Source: Callorhinchus milii (taxonomy: Eukaryota). Taken from it: a stretch of 64,000 bases of DNA. Location: contig NW_024704743.1 of the NCBI RefSeq assembly GCF_018977255.1, positions 54,624,001-54,688,000 on the forward strand, given 5' to 3'. The translations under genes were made by a program, and so were the position numbers. Shown one piece after another: positions 33,583-47,360 of the stretch (its first letter is position 1; the number at the start of each line of letters is the position of its first letter). Under the pieces are notes generated by a model, which had not been told where the DNA came from, did no database searches, and saw nothing but the letters and a program-made list of their open reading frames with translations.

Positions 33583-34014
33583 AAATACGTTTCTTTTTTT
33601 TAAAAAAAGAGAAAACCCTCCTCTACTCTCCAGACACCGCTAATCAACGCACCACAAGACACAGAAAGACTGTTCGTTTGTGCTAACGAAAAGAATACGA
33701 GAGGGAAGTGAAATCCTCGAGCCAGTGTGTGCCCAGCCGCCTGGCTTTGCTTTCTCTGCCCAGTGTCTTGGCTCTGTTCCCGCCCTGAAGCTCATTCACG
33801 GTTGTCAGAGAAACGCATCGCTGTCCAAAAGCACAGGTTGCTGTAGACGACCAATGAGTTCCCATATAGGTGCAGTGGGCATGTCTGGCTTTAGCACAAA
33901 AATCAACAAACCACTTTTTCCTACGAAGGGTAGTCCCATCTGGAACTCTCAGCCCCCCCTCCTCCCCCCCCACTCACTCACTCCCCCCCAAAAAATGGCT
34001 GTGGATTCTGGATC

Positions 34015-34520
34015 AACCACAACACATTTATTTTGTTTATGTAGCGCCTTTCACATCAGGAGGACATCCCAAGGCTCTGGACGGTTAGGGATCTGCACCC
34101 CAGCTCCTAGTTGGGATCAGGAGGGGTGGAGGGTGGTTGAAGAGGACGGTCGTTGAGACAAGTCCTGAAAGAGGCAAGGGAGCGTGCCTCCACAAAGTGG
34201 AGACGGTGGGAGAGGTAGAATTCGAACCAGGTCTGTGGAGGTTGAGCTGCGAGACGAGGCGGTGGAGGAGGATAGAATGGTCGACAGTTTGGAAGGCAGC
34301 AGAGGTTGAGGAGGAGAAGGAAGCAGAGAGAGCCCTGGTCACAGAATGTCATTAATGACTTTGACCAGGGCAGCTTCTGTGCTGTGGACATCACAGAAAC
34401 CCAATTGTAGGAGTTCAGAGAAGGAATCGCAGGAGAGGAAAGATCAAAGCTGGGTCTTGACGACTTGTTCCAGGCCCTTGGAGAGGAATGGGAGGTTAGA
34501 GATGGGATGATAGCTGAAGA
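34015..34520 (-). mobile_element. L2 fragment with large internal deletion
   Basis: RT segment ([22 protein letters not shown]) is joined directly to the 3' end near 34183. Confidence 0.85.
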
Positions 34521-34521
34521 G

Positions 34522-34898
34522 TAATGATAATAATAATGATAATAATAATCCTTACATTTGATTTAGCGCTTTATCACGTCTTCGAGACGTCTCAAAGCAC
34601 TGCACCAAATATAATGTAAAGTGAATTGACTATATTTGGTGGGCAAACCGCAGGAACTAATTGTGTACAGCAGTGTCCCATGAAGAGTCGTGGATTGAGT
34701 GACCAATTTTCTTTTTGAAGGGATTATTACTCCTGGAAAGCAATCTGCCAATCGACTAGCAACCCGATTCCAATTTACTGCTCGGTAAACAGGGGAGTGG
34801 AGTAAGGAAACTTGCCTAAGGTTTCACCATGACCAGGAATCGAATTCCGATCCTCTTGCTTGCAAGGCAAGTGCTCTAACCAATACGCTACAGGACTC
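34522..34898 (-). mobile_element. CORE-type SINE, long form
   Basis: Homologous to 13261-13641 and 20826-21206. Confidence 0.88.
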
Positions 34899-35454
34899 AT
34901 AAATTGGAGATTTAGAGGATTAGGTACAAGGTTTTTCTGGATGGGTTTTTCAGTAAGAGAAGTATTCAATTGTTAGAATTATGCATCAGATGGCCACAAT
35001 TGCACACATCTGTCAGTATTGTTGCAATTTTTTCCCCTGACCTCATTTCATTCTGAATACTTTTTTTATATCAGAAAGCAGATGAAATATACTTTTAGGA
35101 GGTAAAATTGTAAAGTTTTCCCCTTTAAATAAACTTGTCTTTTTAAAGAAACTGCCTTGCAGGAGAGAAAAAAAAGCACAAGATTATAGAACTGGGCAGT
35201 ATTATTATTATTCAAAACTTTTCTTTATAAAATTAATTGCAATGAAAAATAATCTCTTCAATGCCTCTCAAGCCATTCCGAGCTTAAGTATTCAATAGAA
35301 ATAGCGACATTTGTCGTTACACTATCATTTAATATTTCTTAAACAGTCAGCTTTAAAGCAACCCACTGTAATAAGCAAGTTAGCCATGAATTCATTTTAA
35401 GCCCTTTAAAAACATATTGTTTCCAGTTTCTTCAGTGGATTCTAATGAAAGCTT

Positions 35455-35655
35455 ATTAAATAGTGATGGGTGCAGGGAAGATTTTTTGAGGATTGGGTTG
35501 ATAACAGCTGTTTTTAGAGGGGTGGAAACAGTGTCAGTGGATAAGGGGATGTTGATGATGTTGGTTAAAAGAGGGGCCAGAAGGTGGAGCTGGGAGATAA
35601 GGAGAGGGGTGGGCATGGGGTTGAGGCATCAGATGGTGGGCTTCATTTTTGAGAT
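35455..35655 (-). mobile_element. L2 internal fragment
   Basis: ORF 35392-35616 [33 protein letters not shown] matches the young L2 ORF2. Confidence 0.85.
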
Positions 35656-35659
35656 GATG

Positions 35660-35820
35660 GAGGATCCATTCAAATTTTCAAGACTGAGGTGGATAGATTT
35701 TTGTTAGGTAAGGATATCAAGGGATATGGGGCAATGGTGGATATTTGGAGTTGAGGGACAGATCGGCCATGATCTAATAGAATGGAGGGGCTGAATGGCC
35801 TACCCTGTTCCTATGTTCCT
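35660..35820 (+). mobile_element. CR1 3' end
   Basis: FKTEVDRFL remnant, ends GCTGAATGGCCTACCCTGTTCCTATGTTCCT. Confidence 0.82.
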
Positions 35821-36651
35821 AACCTGTCCTTTGCCCAGCTGTCTCAATAAAGGTGGGGCTCACTTCTATGATAATAAGCCAATTATCTATTCATATGTGT
35901 GTATATATACACATAAAGTAACTGAAACAACATAATTATAACTTTCTATTTATCATTTATCTCACAATTGTTGGAACAAATAATTCTCTGTGGTAATTTG
36001 TGATTTCCAAAAGGATTTTGCAGTAATACAACAGTAACATGTTGCTGAAATATTGTGGCCAAAATATCGAGGTTTCCCAGAGAGAAACAATCTTAGAAAA
36101 TGAAAACACAAAACATGCACTTTCCTCCTGTTAGGAGTATGTGTACGAAAGGATGTTGATTTAGATTTATGCCGGGAGTGTGGTTTCTTGAAAGAAGAGA
36201 CTGAGGGGGAGGGAGGGCGACTTGATAGAGGTAGTATACGTAAACTTATGAAGAGTTTGGAAAAATCAGTCAGTACTTTTTTCTGCTGTGTAATGTGAAA
36301 AGGTGATAGACACATGGAACAATTTACTGGTGCGAGAAACCACAACACAGTTTTACAAAGGAACTAGGTAAGTTCCTGTCAACCTGAAAGATTCAGTGTA
36401 TTAGATTTAGAAATAGAAAGAGGAATGTTGTGTGAAATTAGACAAGATAACGCCAAAATTGTTATATGTTATGATCAGACTGCAGCTATCCAGTTCAGCA
36501 CCAGATGGGTTAAATATTACTTGTTTTGGTTATTTCAACTTTTTACAGTGAAGTGGGTCAAAGGGCTTTGTGAAATGAGTTACTTTCAAGTATATGGACT
36601 GTTGCTGTTTAAGCAAATATGGCAGCTAATTTTGGGCCAGCAACTCACAAA

Positions 36652-37010
36652 TACAGGGTACCCCAGTTATAACGCAGTGTTTTGGGGTCTTTAAACTAGA
36701 TCAAATTACAATGGGTTCAGAACAAAATGGCCATAAATCCTGTTCCAGATAATCAGGTCACAGCAGATGGCATTTCCAGCAAGTGTGTTGACTTGTTTAC
36801 CGTACAGTAAGGCAGACGGTCAGCCATGACCTCTCGTGCAAGCTTTTATAAAACTAGAAATGCTTGTGGGAGCAGCCAAAGCTGACTGCCTGGCTTCCTG
36901 TGCATTTCACACATACACAGGAAGCTAGAACCGTACTACACTTATGGTAACTGTGGGTTCGTAGGACACCCATGTTATAAGCAGGCCTGCGCTCTACTGA
37001 GGCACATTCT
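36652..37010. mobile_element. Possible Tc1/mariner (Tigger-like) non-autonomous relic
   Basis: TA-CAGGGTACCCCAGTTATAACGC resembles a Tigger-type TIR. The right end (GTTATAAG..) is degenerate. Confidence 0.4.
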
Positions 37011-37039
37011 AAAAGGGTTGGCTTGTAGCAATGAGATCA

Positions 37040-37376
37040 ATTACCCCCTACCAACCTGCCCACTCCCTCCTCTCAGCGGGCTCCGATTGCTTCACGTCCC
37101 CCGCCTCGTCCGCCCTGCCATTGGCGAGCGGGCCTTCTGCCACTCTGCCCCCACCCTCTGGAACTCCATCCCGCAGTCCCTCTGTCTCATCCCCTCCCTT
37201 GCCACCTTCAAAACCCATCTCAAGACCCTCCTCTTCAATCGTGCTTTCGATCTCCCTGCTTCACCCCCTGCCCTCCACCCTTCCCAATCCTGAACCCCGA
37301 AACACTGACTGTCCAGCACCTTGGGACGTCCTCCCGATGTGAAAGGCGCTATACAAATGTAATTTTGTTGTTTTGT
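37040..37376 (+). mobile_element. L2 3' fragment
   Basis: [23 protein letters not shown], stem-loop, (TTG)n. Confidence 0.9.
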
Positions 37377-37577
37377 CATTAACCCGATATCTCTCTGGAA
37401 AACGATCAAGAACCTGGTTAATTTTCTCCACAGTAATCTGAGATGCTGAAACCTATTGCAGCCCTAACTGAAATACTAATTGAAAACAGACCAAGATTTT
37501 TATGGCAACAGATGTTTAAATTATATGTTTCTGCACTCATTTGATACCTACCTACTTTGTATTATTTTATCACACAA

Positions 37578-38130
37578 GCTCAAAAAAGGTCACTTTCTCT
37601 GTCATCCAGAACTCTGCAGCCCGTATCCTCTCCCGCACCAGGCTCCGTGACCCTATCACCCCCATTCTTGCCCAACTCCACTGGCTTTCCATCACACAGA
37701 GGATACAGTTCAAGATCTCGGTCCTCACCTTCAAAGCCCTCCATGGTCTTGTTCCCCACTACCTCTCCAACCTCCTAACCCCCTACCACCCTGTTCGCTC
37801 CCTCCACTCAACGGGCTCCGGCCTGCTTCGCGTCCCCCGCCTTGCTCGCCCCACTATCGGCAGGTGGGCCTTTTGTTACTCTGCACCCACCCTTTGGAAT
37901 TCCATCCCACAGTCCCTCCATCTTGCCCCCTCCCTCGCCACCTTCAAGACCCACCTCAACACCCTCCTCTTCGACCGTGCTTTTGATCGCCCTGCTTCCC
38001 CCATTGCCCTCCACCCTCCCCCACCCCGACCCTTAACTCAGGTCCATAACTCTGTCTGTCTAGCACCTTGGGACATCCTCCCGATGTGAAAGGTACTATG
38101 CAAATGTAATTTTGTTGTCATTGTTGTTAT
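37578..38130 (+). mobile_element. L2 3' fragment
   Basis: ORF 37541-38089 IQNSAARIL..LHWL..RIQFKI..LWNSIP, stem-loop, (TTG)n. Confidence 0.92.
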
Positions 38131-41100
38131 GTTATCGCATCATGGAGTCCTGTAGCTCTGATTAAAGCACTCGCCTCGCAAGCAAGAATCTATTATTATC
38201 ATCTTTGATGCCCTCCTTCAAACTCTCTTCAACAATTCAATCCCTTTTTTAAATTGCGGTGCATAACCAAAATTAAGCCTCAATAATTGCTTATACAAGG
38301 TTATAATAATTTGCCTCAACTTACAATGTCTGGCTTAGTTCGACAGCACTCTCACATCAGAGTCAACTTTGTGAATTCAAGGCCTACATCAGGCCTTGGA
38401 GCGTATAGCATAATTTGTTGTTTTTGTTGTATAGTCTAGGGTGACACTCGAGTGCACTGCTGGGGGAGCATTGAACTGTCAGAAGTACTGGTTCATGGAC
38501 ATTACTCCCTCCCTTCCCTCGCTCCACCATTCATATACTTCAACTCATGCGAAACATCATCACCTCATTCTCACCACACCAAACTCCAAATCCATCATCC
38601 CAGTCTTTGCCATGTTCCATAAACTTCCTGTCGTTCATTGGATTAATTTCAAGGTCCTCACCAACAGATCCCTTCATGCTCTAGCACCTCCCTGTCTACA
38701 ACTCTGAGCTCCTACAACACTCCTCTGCCCACTACCCCTGATTGCCTAACTTCTGCACATGCCCTGCCCTAACCCTGCCAACATTGGTGGTTGAACTTTC
38801 CGATTCTATGCCTCTAAACTCTGGAACTGTGTCCTTGATGATAAAATCATTGCATTTGATATTGCATCTTATTACACTGAAATGCCTCAAAGTGCTTCAG
38901 AGTGTTGTGAAGGTACTCTATATTCGTAGCCAATTTGCCCACCGGAATGTCTCACAAATTACTATGCATTCATGCAATTAATATATTTATTTAGCGTCTT
39001 TCACATTGGTAGGTTATGTCAAAGTATTCAAAAATGATGATGAGCACACAAGCTGAGGTTTGAGCTGGGGGTGTTGAGTGGGGAGAGAAAAGGTGACGGA
39101 AAGTCCGGTCAAAGAAGTACATTTTAAGATGTGTCTTAAAAGAGGGGAGGGAAGTGGAGGGAAGGAGCAGTGAAGTGAATGACCATTTATTGTTCACTGA
39201 AGGATTTTGGGCAGAACACTGGGAGAATCTCTTTTCTCTCTTTGAATGGTGCCATGGGATCTTTAACATCTACCTGAATTCAAGGGCAAGACCTTGGTCT
39301 AATGGCTCAACTGATGGACGACACCTCTGATAATGAGATGCTTCTCGTACTGCATGCTGACCAGAAGTATATCATGTTGATTTGTGGGAATCCTGCACAG
39401 AAACATGTGGAGGTAGTTGGTGGAGATCCTGCAGGTCAATGTGACATCCTCCAGTATTAATGACTCTTGTTATGAACCATAGTAAATTAGACCCAGAAAG
39501 AGAACTCTACTCTGTTGGCTGTGTATCTAACTGAAAGTGCTTTAAATATTAAGACAGGGTATCAAAGAGAAAATGTTGTATTCCTTTGCAGTGACATCCA
39601 TCGCTGTGATGAACACATTTTGTAAAAGTAAATCTGCATATAAAAGGAAATTCCATGTCTCATTTTAGCACTTTAATCCAGTGCAAACAGCTGAGATAAT
39701 ATTCACAGTTATTTTTCTGCCTAGTAGCAAAGCCTGATATCTAGACAGTGGATTCTATGTTATTTTTCTGACTCATTTGGAATAGCGTAGGACACACTCT
39801 CCCAAGCCAAAATAAATTAAGATATGTATTTTTGTAAGAACGTGTCATGTAGCTAGAAGTATTTTCTGTCCTCAGTCATATAAGATTGAGCTGGCCAACA
39901 GCTCACCCTCATGATTTAAAGATCGGTCATTTGGAAGTTATAAAGACAACGTAGGTAGAAATTTCATAGATAGTATTATTATTATTATAGTTTAAATCAC
40001 TCCATTAGAGGTAGTTTCTAAATGGTTTTCAGTGATGGGTCAGCCCGACCAATAACACTGCCATATTCTATATAAATGGATTTTACTTTTCTTAGTATGT
40101 TTGAATTGCCTAAAGTAGTTACTTTCTGCCGTTTACTATTTTTATTATTCTTATTCTCAGTCTTATTTTTATTATCCTTCTTCTTATTATTATTAATAAT
40201 ATTATTATTATCTATTGTTCTGCTGGGGGAAAATGTTTAGTTTTATTGGGATTCTCTTTTGGACAGCTGGGTATCTGATACATACAGAAATTGTGTTACA
40301 AAACATAAACAATGGCAATGGAGTGTGCAGTGACTCCTCAGAGTGGCGCATTCTGTTTACCTAATTCAAAGAGTTTAGGTGAAATCTAGCCAAGGTTTTC
40401 TGCTTGTCCATTCTACCATTTAAGCTTTGCCTTGCAAGGTTAACAGGAAGCAAATGGGAAAATTCTCTGTTCTTTCATTGAGTCTGAGGGGAAAACTTGT
40501 TTTGTGATATCATTTGTGACTTTCCTGACACGTTTTCAACATCTGGATCTCCTCTAAATCACTCTGTCAGCCTGGCTCAGTCAATAGCACTCTCGCCTCT
40601 CAATCAGAAGTTTGTGAGTTTAAGCCTAATGTCGGGACTTTGCTGTGCATAGATTAGGTGTTCTGTCGGCCTACAAAAGTATACAGTCCTTACACTTTAT
40701 AGTAAATCCTATGAAACATTTTGAGGCGTCACAAGGACGTGAAAGGCGCTATAACAAATGCAAAGATTATTAAAAGAATTGTGATGATAAATAACTTGTT
40801 CTACTATATACATTACATGAAATTTTTTTNCAACAGACTGTGTAAGAAATTACAATTTCATCATTTGTTCTTAGTCCCCTCCAGGCGAAGAGGACAATGA
40901 GCAGAGTTTCTGTGGGTAAACTGGTTCGGAGGAGATACATTTGGCAAGACTTCATTGTTCCATCGTTGAAGATTGTTCATTTGCCTGGCTCAGCAATAAA
41001 TATTAGTTCATGCGTTTTGTGTAGCACCTTTCAAGTTGGAATTTTTTAAAAAAATGCTTCACAAGGTTTATTGTAAAGTGTAGTGAATATGTATTTTGAA

Positions 41101-41189
41101 AACAAATACGACAGTTAATTTGCACAAAGCAATACCCCTCAAACAGCCATGAAGTGAAAGACCAGGGGATTGTTGGCTTGAACACCAGG

Positions 41190-41920
41190 GCCTGGATGAG
41201 CAAAAACTTCCTACAACTCAATGTTGACAAGACGGAAGCCATACTCATTGGGTCCTGTCAACTCCTTCTATTCTGTGACTCTGATCTCCTCAACCTCCCC
41301 GGCCTATCCCTCAGACTTACCGAACCAAGTGTGCAACCTAGGTGTCAGGTTCAACTCACGGATGTCCTTCCTTCCCCACATCCACTCCCTTACCAGGACT
41401 GCCTTCCTCCACCTCCACTACATTGCCCGTCTCTGACCGTACCTTACCCCAGATGCAGCGAAACACTCGTCTTATGTGTTCATCACAACCCGACTCAACT
41501 TCTCAAATCCCCTCTTTGCCGGTCTCCCCAGCTCCACCAAGTACAGGATCCAGCTGATCGAAAACTCTGCCACCCACATACTCACCTGTACTAAACTCCG
41601 TACCGCCATCATACCAGTTCTAGCCAGGCTTTGCTGGCTCCCTATTGCTGAACAGATCAATTTCAAGATCCTCACATTTGTTTTCAAATCCCTCCATGCC
41701 ATGGCACCTCCATACCTCTCCGACCTGCTTACCACCCAATCCACAATGCATTGCCTCCACTCGACTGGCTTCAGCCTTCTACATGTCCCTCATGTCCTCC
41801 GTTCCACCATTGTTGGCTGCGTTTCCAGCCACTATTCCCCGAAACTCTGAAACACACTTCCTCTATCCCTCCACCTTGCCTCTTCCTTCGCCATCTTCAG
41901 GTCACACCTGAAGACCTTCC
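41190..41920 (+). mobile_element. L2 fragment (older lineage)
   Basis: WMSKNFLQLNVDKTEAILIGS and QINFKILTFVFKSLH remnants. Confidence 0.88.
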
Positions 41921-44900
41921 TAAGTTCACTAAGAGTTATTCACTAAGAGATATAGTATTTGGAAATTACAGTAGAATGTAATCTAGCATAATGAAGCGAG
42001 GAATTCAAGAATAATTGATTTAAGCTGTAGCCCATTTGAATGTGTTGATTTGTATTCAGCATGTCAGATTAATTCCTACGTAGACAAATTGTACTGCCTA
42101 CCAATATTTTCCATTGAGATTTTATTCTTTCTGAATGATGGCAACTATTTGTAGCAATATCTGTAAGCACGTAAATGCCACTCTGCTGCAAAGCATTTTC
42201 CAACCTTTGGTATTAGCTGTGCTGTTCAAGAAATATGTAAAGCTGTGGTCAAGAAACTGATATGGCGATTTGCCAAGATTCGCAACTTCACCTCCACACA
42301 GCTTGAGAAGCCACAAAGTGAAAAGTGTGAGAATTAAATTTTGTGGTTGAGGGGAGAAAGAAAAGTGTGAGACCTACAATTTACACAGTTATTGCACATC
42401 CTCCTGACGTGAAAGGGCTAAACACCATTCTGACCTACAGCTATGAAAATTAAAGATCTAACTTAAAAATTACTGTGCAGAAATTGTTTTGGGATTTTAT
42501 TTGCTGTCTTTCAAACGGAAGTGAAAAAGTTAGCTTTGAAAGAAACATTTTCTCACACTTTTCTTTCTCTACACAGTCATTAGAGTTTGCAGTATAAACT
42601 ATGAAATTATTTGAGATGTCCTCCTGACGTGAAAGGTGCTGTATCAAATATAGAATTATTACTGTTTCTACAGATGTTAATATCAGCAGAAAATTAATTT
42701 CCTGCACGTAGTTAGTAACATGTTAAATCATTCAACCCCACCGCCCTCTTTCAACGAATGACGTGTCTCTGACATTTAAATAAATTACATGTCTCTGAAG
42801 AGGGGAAAACAAACAGAAACACGTCAGCAATAAAGCATGACAACAAGTTGGGTCTTTGTGGAATCAAAAGTGGTCGAAAAGATTTTACAAAGAATGTTTG
42901 ATAAGATTTGCATACAAATTGACAAAGAAGTAACTGAAAGAGACCTAAAGGTATTAGTTAACATCTGTTATAGGGAAAATCTTGGAAGACATTCAGAAGA
43001 AAGGAATACAACAACAAAATTACATTTGTATAACGTCTTTTACGTCAAGAGGACGTCCGAATAATGAAGCAGGTAGATAAATACAGAATGATTAGGACTC
43101 AGCATGAGTTCATGAGAGGGTGATCATAAAAATAAATCTCTTGGGGTGCAATGAAGAGATAAAATAATCAGTGGATACTATATTTTGTGGTGGAATGTGG
43201 AATATGAATATAATGATTATCACCAATTTCACAAATCTATGTAAACTTTTGGAAGAAATCAATGGAAAACATCAGTGCACATATAATGAAAAAGAGCATC
43301 TAGAAAATGAATTGGGTAGATTGCATTTGTAAGGCCAGCATTTTAGGGAGAAAATTGGGGATGGATGTGATAACTTTGAACAATAACCAAATAAATATAT
43401 TTTAAAAGTGTAAACAAAATCAATGATAGTAGTGCCTAGTTCCACTGAGCACACTGTGGATAAGGGACGACATTGGTAGTTTTGCCAGCACAAGTAATAG
43501 GGAAAACAAGCAAACCAGCAGTTTACTACATGAGCCAGTACAAATGTGAAATATTCCAGTTGGAATGTGCAGCAGTGAAAAAAGAGAAATTTAAATAATA
43601 ATTTGATGCTTTATTTCATGCTACTGTTAAGCAGGTAATTTTTGTTGCATGCTAAATACCAGCTGCTTATAGTGAAACTTTGAAAGAATTAGCCTGTACT
43701 TTGTTTCAAAGTCTTGTCTAATCTGCCTTTTCAGCTGAAGCAAAACCTGCAGCTCCAACCTTTTATATGTATTCAGCAAGTGCATTCTTTGTTTCATGGT
43801 TCATTCTATTTAAAATCGCCGCTCAATTATTATGGGATTTGTCCGTTCACTCCAGTGTCATCTCCTGCAGCCCTTAAGCTACTTCAACTATGTACAGAGA
43901 AACACAAGTGCTTTTGAATGGAAATTAACCTTCTGTACATCTGAGGAAATATAAAATGTTCCCTTGCTCAAATTATTGTAGAGGCCAGACTGGAGCTAGA
44001 AATGAAAATGGTTGTATCTGTATTTCAATATTTAATAATTTAAATAAAATCAATAAATGTAGTAATCTTCTATTTCAAATTTTTATGGTATAATATATGT
44101 ATTATTTCGATTTTCATTAGCTGCTTAAGCTGTCTTCCTACCATTATTGTTTACCTTTATTTTCATTTTAAATCCCTCCATGGTCTAGCGCCACCTTATC
44201 TTTGGAGGAGCAGGAAAATTAAGAGCAAATTTATATTTTTCTACCACCTTATCTCTTTCATAGTACCTTGTAGTAATTTCTATCCAGTGTAGTGACTGTT
44301 ATTGTACGCAAACGTGGTAGTAGGTTTGAGCACCACAAGATCTCAGAAACAGCTGTGAGCTGCATGAATGATTCATCTGAAGGATTGCTGCCCAGGACAC
44401 TGGAAGAATCTCCCTTCTCTTTCAAAAATTGTCACAGGTTCATTAATGGCCACTGGAAGAGCAGGCAGCCAGCTGTTAAATTTATCTGGATTACTAGCTT
44501 GATGGAGCACCTTGTGGAAGTTGAAACTTCAGCTTCTGGACTATGCAGCAAATACTCAATACATTGCAGGCGATCTGTCAAACCAAATGTGCTTTTCTGC
44601 TACATTGCTGTAACTAATAGGTTTCTGTCTGCCTGGGGAAATATTTCTTGACATGATTTGGGCCTGTCATAGAGACCTGTATAATAATTTAAAGATAACA
44701 ATTCTCTGCAACAAAACTGTTCTGGCTACCAAGCAAAATACTGGCAAGACCTTGTGGGATGAATGTTTAACATTCATATCATGAAATGATTCCTATTATT
44801 TCAGGATACTTCCAAATTCTTTCGCTCATCAATTTCTATAGGTTCCTGCCCAGAATTCTGATTTCATAAAAAACAAGGACACTGATTTGCACAGTTACCT

Positions 44901-45048
44901 ATTATTTTGATAGATTAAAGTCTCATAAAATCACAAGATTGGTTTAAAGGCAAAGGTCTTTCAAGCTATTTGATCTAATTCTTTCCAAATACTCATCCTA
45001 TTGTCTTCCTAGCACAAGGTTTTTGATATGTGGCATGTTCTGCCAAGC

Positions 45049-45374
45049 AATAATAATAATAATAATAATCCTTGCATTTGATATAGCGCTTTTCACGTCG
45101 GGAGGATGTCCCAAAGCGCTTCACAGAACACACTGTAAAATGAATTGACTGTATATTTGTGGGCGAACGCGGCAGCCAATTGCGCACAGCAATGTCCCAC
45201 AAACAGTCGTAGATTGAAAATGACCAATTTTATTATTGTTTTGTTTTTTTGGAGGGATTATTATTAGGCGTGTGGAGTAAGGAAACTTGCCCAAGTTTTC
45301 GCCCTGCCTGGAATTGAACTCAGATCTCTCGCTTGCAAAGCAAGTGCTCTAACCACTGAGCTACAGGACTCCAC
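45049..45374 (-). mobile_element. CORE-type SINE, short form, well preserved
   Basis: Close to 15533-15855, including the L2-type loop CCTCCCGAC. Confidence 0.92.
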
Positions 45375-45379
45375 AAGTA

Positions 45380-45545
45380 AGGCAATTGAGGCATCGTTCA
45401 TTGTGGGTTTCAAGAGAGAAGTAGACAGGAATATTAAAAGTAGAGGTTTAAAGGGGTATGGTGATAGGGCAGACAGAGTATGGGATTTCCTCTGAGAGCT
45501 GGAGCAGATTTGATGGGCTGAATGGTTTCCTTCTCCACTACAGAG
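45380..45545 (+). mobile_element. CR1 3' end
   Basis: FKREVDR remnant, GATGGGCTGAATGGTTTCCTTCT terminus. Confidence 0.72.
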
Positions 45546-45614
45546 TGTTAACATAGAGAAGTGGATAGGAGGAATTTAGCACTCATCCTTTCATTCACTC
45601 ACTGGGTTATCTAC

Positions 45615-45976
45615 AATAATAATAATCCTTGCATTTGATATAGTGCCTTATCATGTCTTTTAGACGTTTCAAAGAGCTTCATAAAATATACTGCAAAGTG
45701 AATTGACTGCATGTTTTGTAGGCAAAATGCGGCAGTCAATTGCACACAGAAGTGTCCCACAAACAGTTGTGGAGTAAATAATTAAATTCTTGGTAAATTG
45801 ATTTTTTTTAAGGGATTATTTCCCCCGGAAAAGTGATCCGCCAATCGACTAACAACCGGGTTCCAATGTACTGCTAGGTAAACAAAAGCATGTGGAGTAA
45901 GGAAACTTCCTCAACATTTCTCCCAGCCCAGGAATTGCAAGGCAAGTGTTTTAACCACTAAGCTACAGGATTCTGC
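45615..45976 (-). mobile_element. CORE-type SINE, long form
   Basis: Full core segment and tail. Confidence 0.87.
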
Positions 45977-46614
45977 AGCCAAGAAGCAGGTTTTCCTATT
46001 TCTTAATGTTGTGTCTGTTTATCTTGTTCCGGGCAGTGTAAGTGAGCCATAGGGTTTAAAGGACCAATAAAATTCTGTTGTGTTTTCTAAAAAGTGCATC
46101 TCGAGTCCCTGTTAAATTCAAGGAGGGAAAAGAAGACACAAACAGGTTACTGCAGAAGTCAGCTATCTGGTAGTGCGAAGGACACTGACTGACTGACTGA
46201 CCAAAGCATCCTATTGTCCCGCTATAAGGCATTGAGATTACCTGTCATTGTGTTAATTCTCACATAGTCAAGTTTCACATAGAGAGGGAACTTGCATGTT
46301 ACAGAGAAAGAATCTACACAGAAGCCACCTAGTACACTGTGCGCTTTAGTTAACATGGGTATATATGTAGGATTTGAACCATTGCAGCTTCATGATGGCC
46401 CCATGGACTATAGTTTGGCCACCACTGCTTTAAAGCATGGTGATGGATTTCCATATGCGTCAGTCACCTGGTTGACCAAAACAGAAACACTCAAAAGGTT
46501 AGGTGAGAAGAGTTGTTTCATAACAGATACATTAATTATGATTATTAAATCAGCTTTTGAATGTTGTGAAACATCACATTTTTCACCATTCTTTGTAGTA
46601 AGAATGACCTCTAA

Positions 46615-46865
46615 CTCATCCAGAACTCTGCAGCCGGTATCCTCTCCTCCCTGAAGCTCCATGAGCCCATTGCACCCTTCCTAGCCAGGCTCCACTGGCT
46701 CCATATCACTCCAGGGATCAACTTCAAGATCTTAACCTTTCTTTCAAATGCCTCGACCCATCCTACCTCTGAAATCTCCTGCAGTACCAACCCTCCATCC
46801 ACTCCTTCTGGTCCGCATATTTGTGTCTGTTGCATATCTACAGCCTTGTCCGCCCCCCATTGGCA
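46615..46865 (+). mobile_element. L2 fragment
   Basis: IQNSAA..LHWLH...INFKILT remnant. Confidence 0.75.
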
Positions 46866-47314
46866 ACCTACCAATGACCAACTAGTGACTATCTTCTAGG
46901 CTAAATGGGATCTTCTTAGAGCTGAGCTATCTATAAGATGATGTGCTTGGCAGTGGAATACCAGAATTGAGTCAACATGCTACGGCGGTCTTGGTAGTCC
47001 AGTTCCTGATCAAGGCTCCAGGGCACTGCTGCTGACAGACCAGACAACTTGTCTTATTGGCAGGACATGGAGGGACTGATGTGGAGCAGGGATACTTTCC
47101 ATTTGGCTTCTGTTAGCTATGCAAGCCAAAAACACAATGGGTAGTGTTAAGACATGTAGTTTTAACTGGTTAAATCCCAGCAGTAATTCAATACAGTACT
47201 CAAGCTTTGGCTCTTGTCAAACTGCATCTAATACTCTCTGGAATTAAGTAAGAAGGATGCATTCCGAGAGAGAGAGAGAGAGAGTGGGCATTCCACTACA
47301 GACATTTCCACATG

Positions 47315-47315
<1 letters not shown>

Positions 47316-47355
<40 letters not shown>

Positions 47356-47360
47356 ATATA
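47316..47360. repeat. (TA)n microsatellite
   Basis: Directly visible. Confidence 0.9.

Noticed and set aside
31768..33603. 611-aa and 543-aa His/Thr/Ser/Leu/Pro-rich ORFs on the plus strand
   Set aside because: They arise because the CTCA/CA minisatellite has no stop codons. Several frames are open at once and they are antisense to ITGB8 exon 1.
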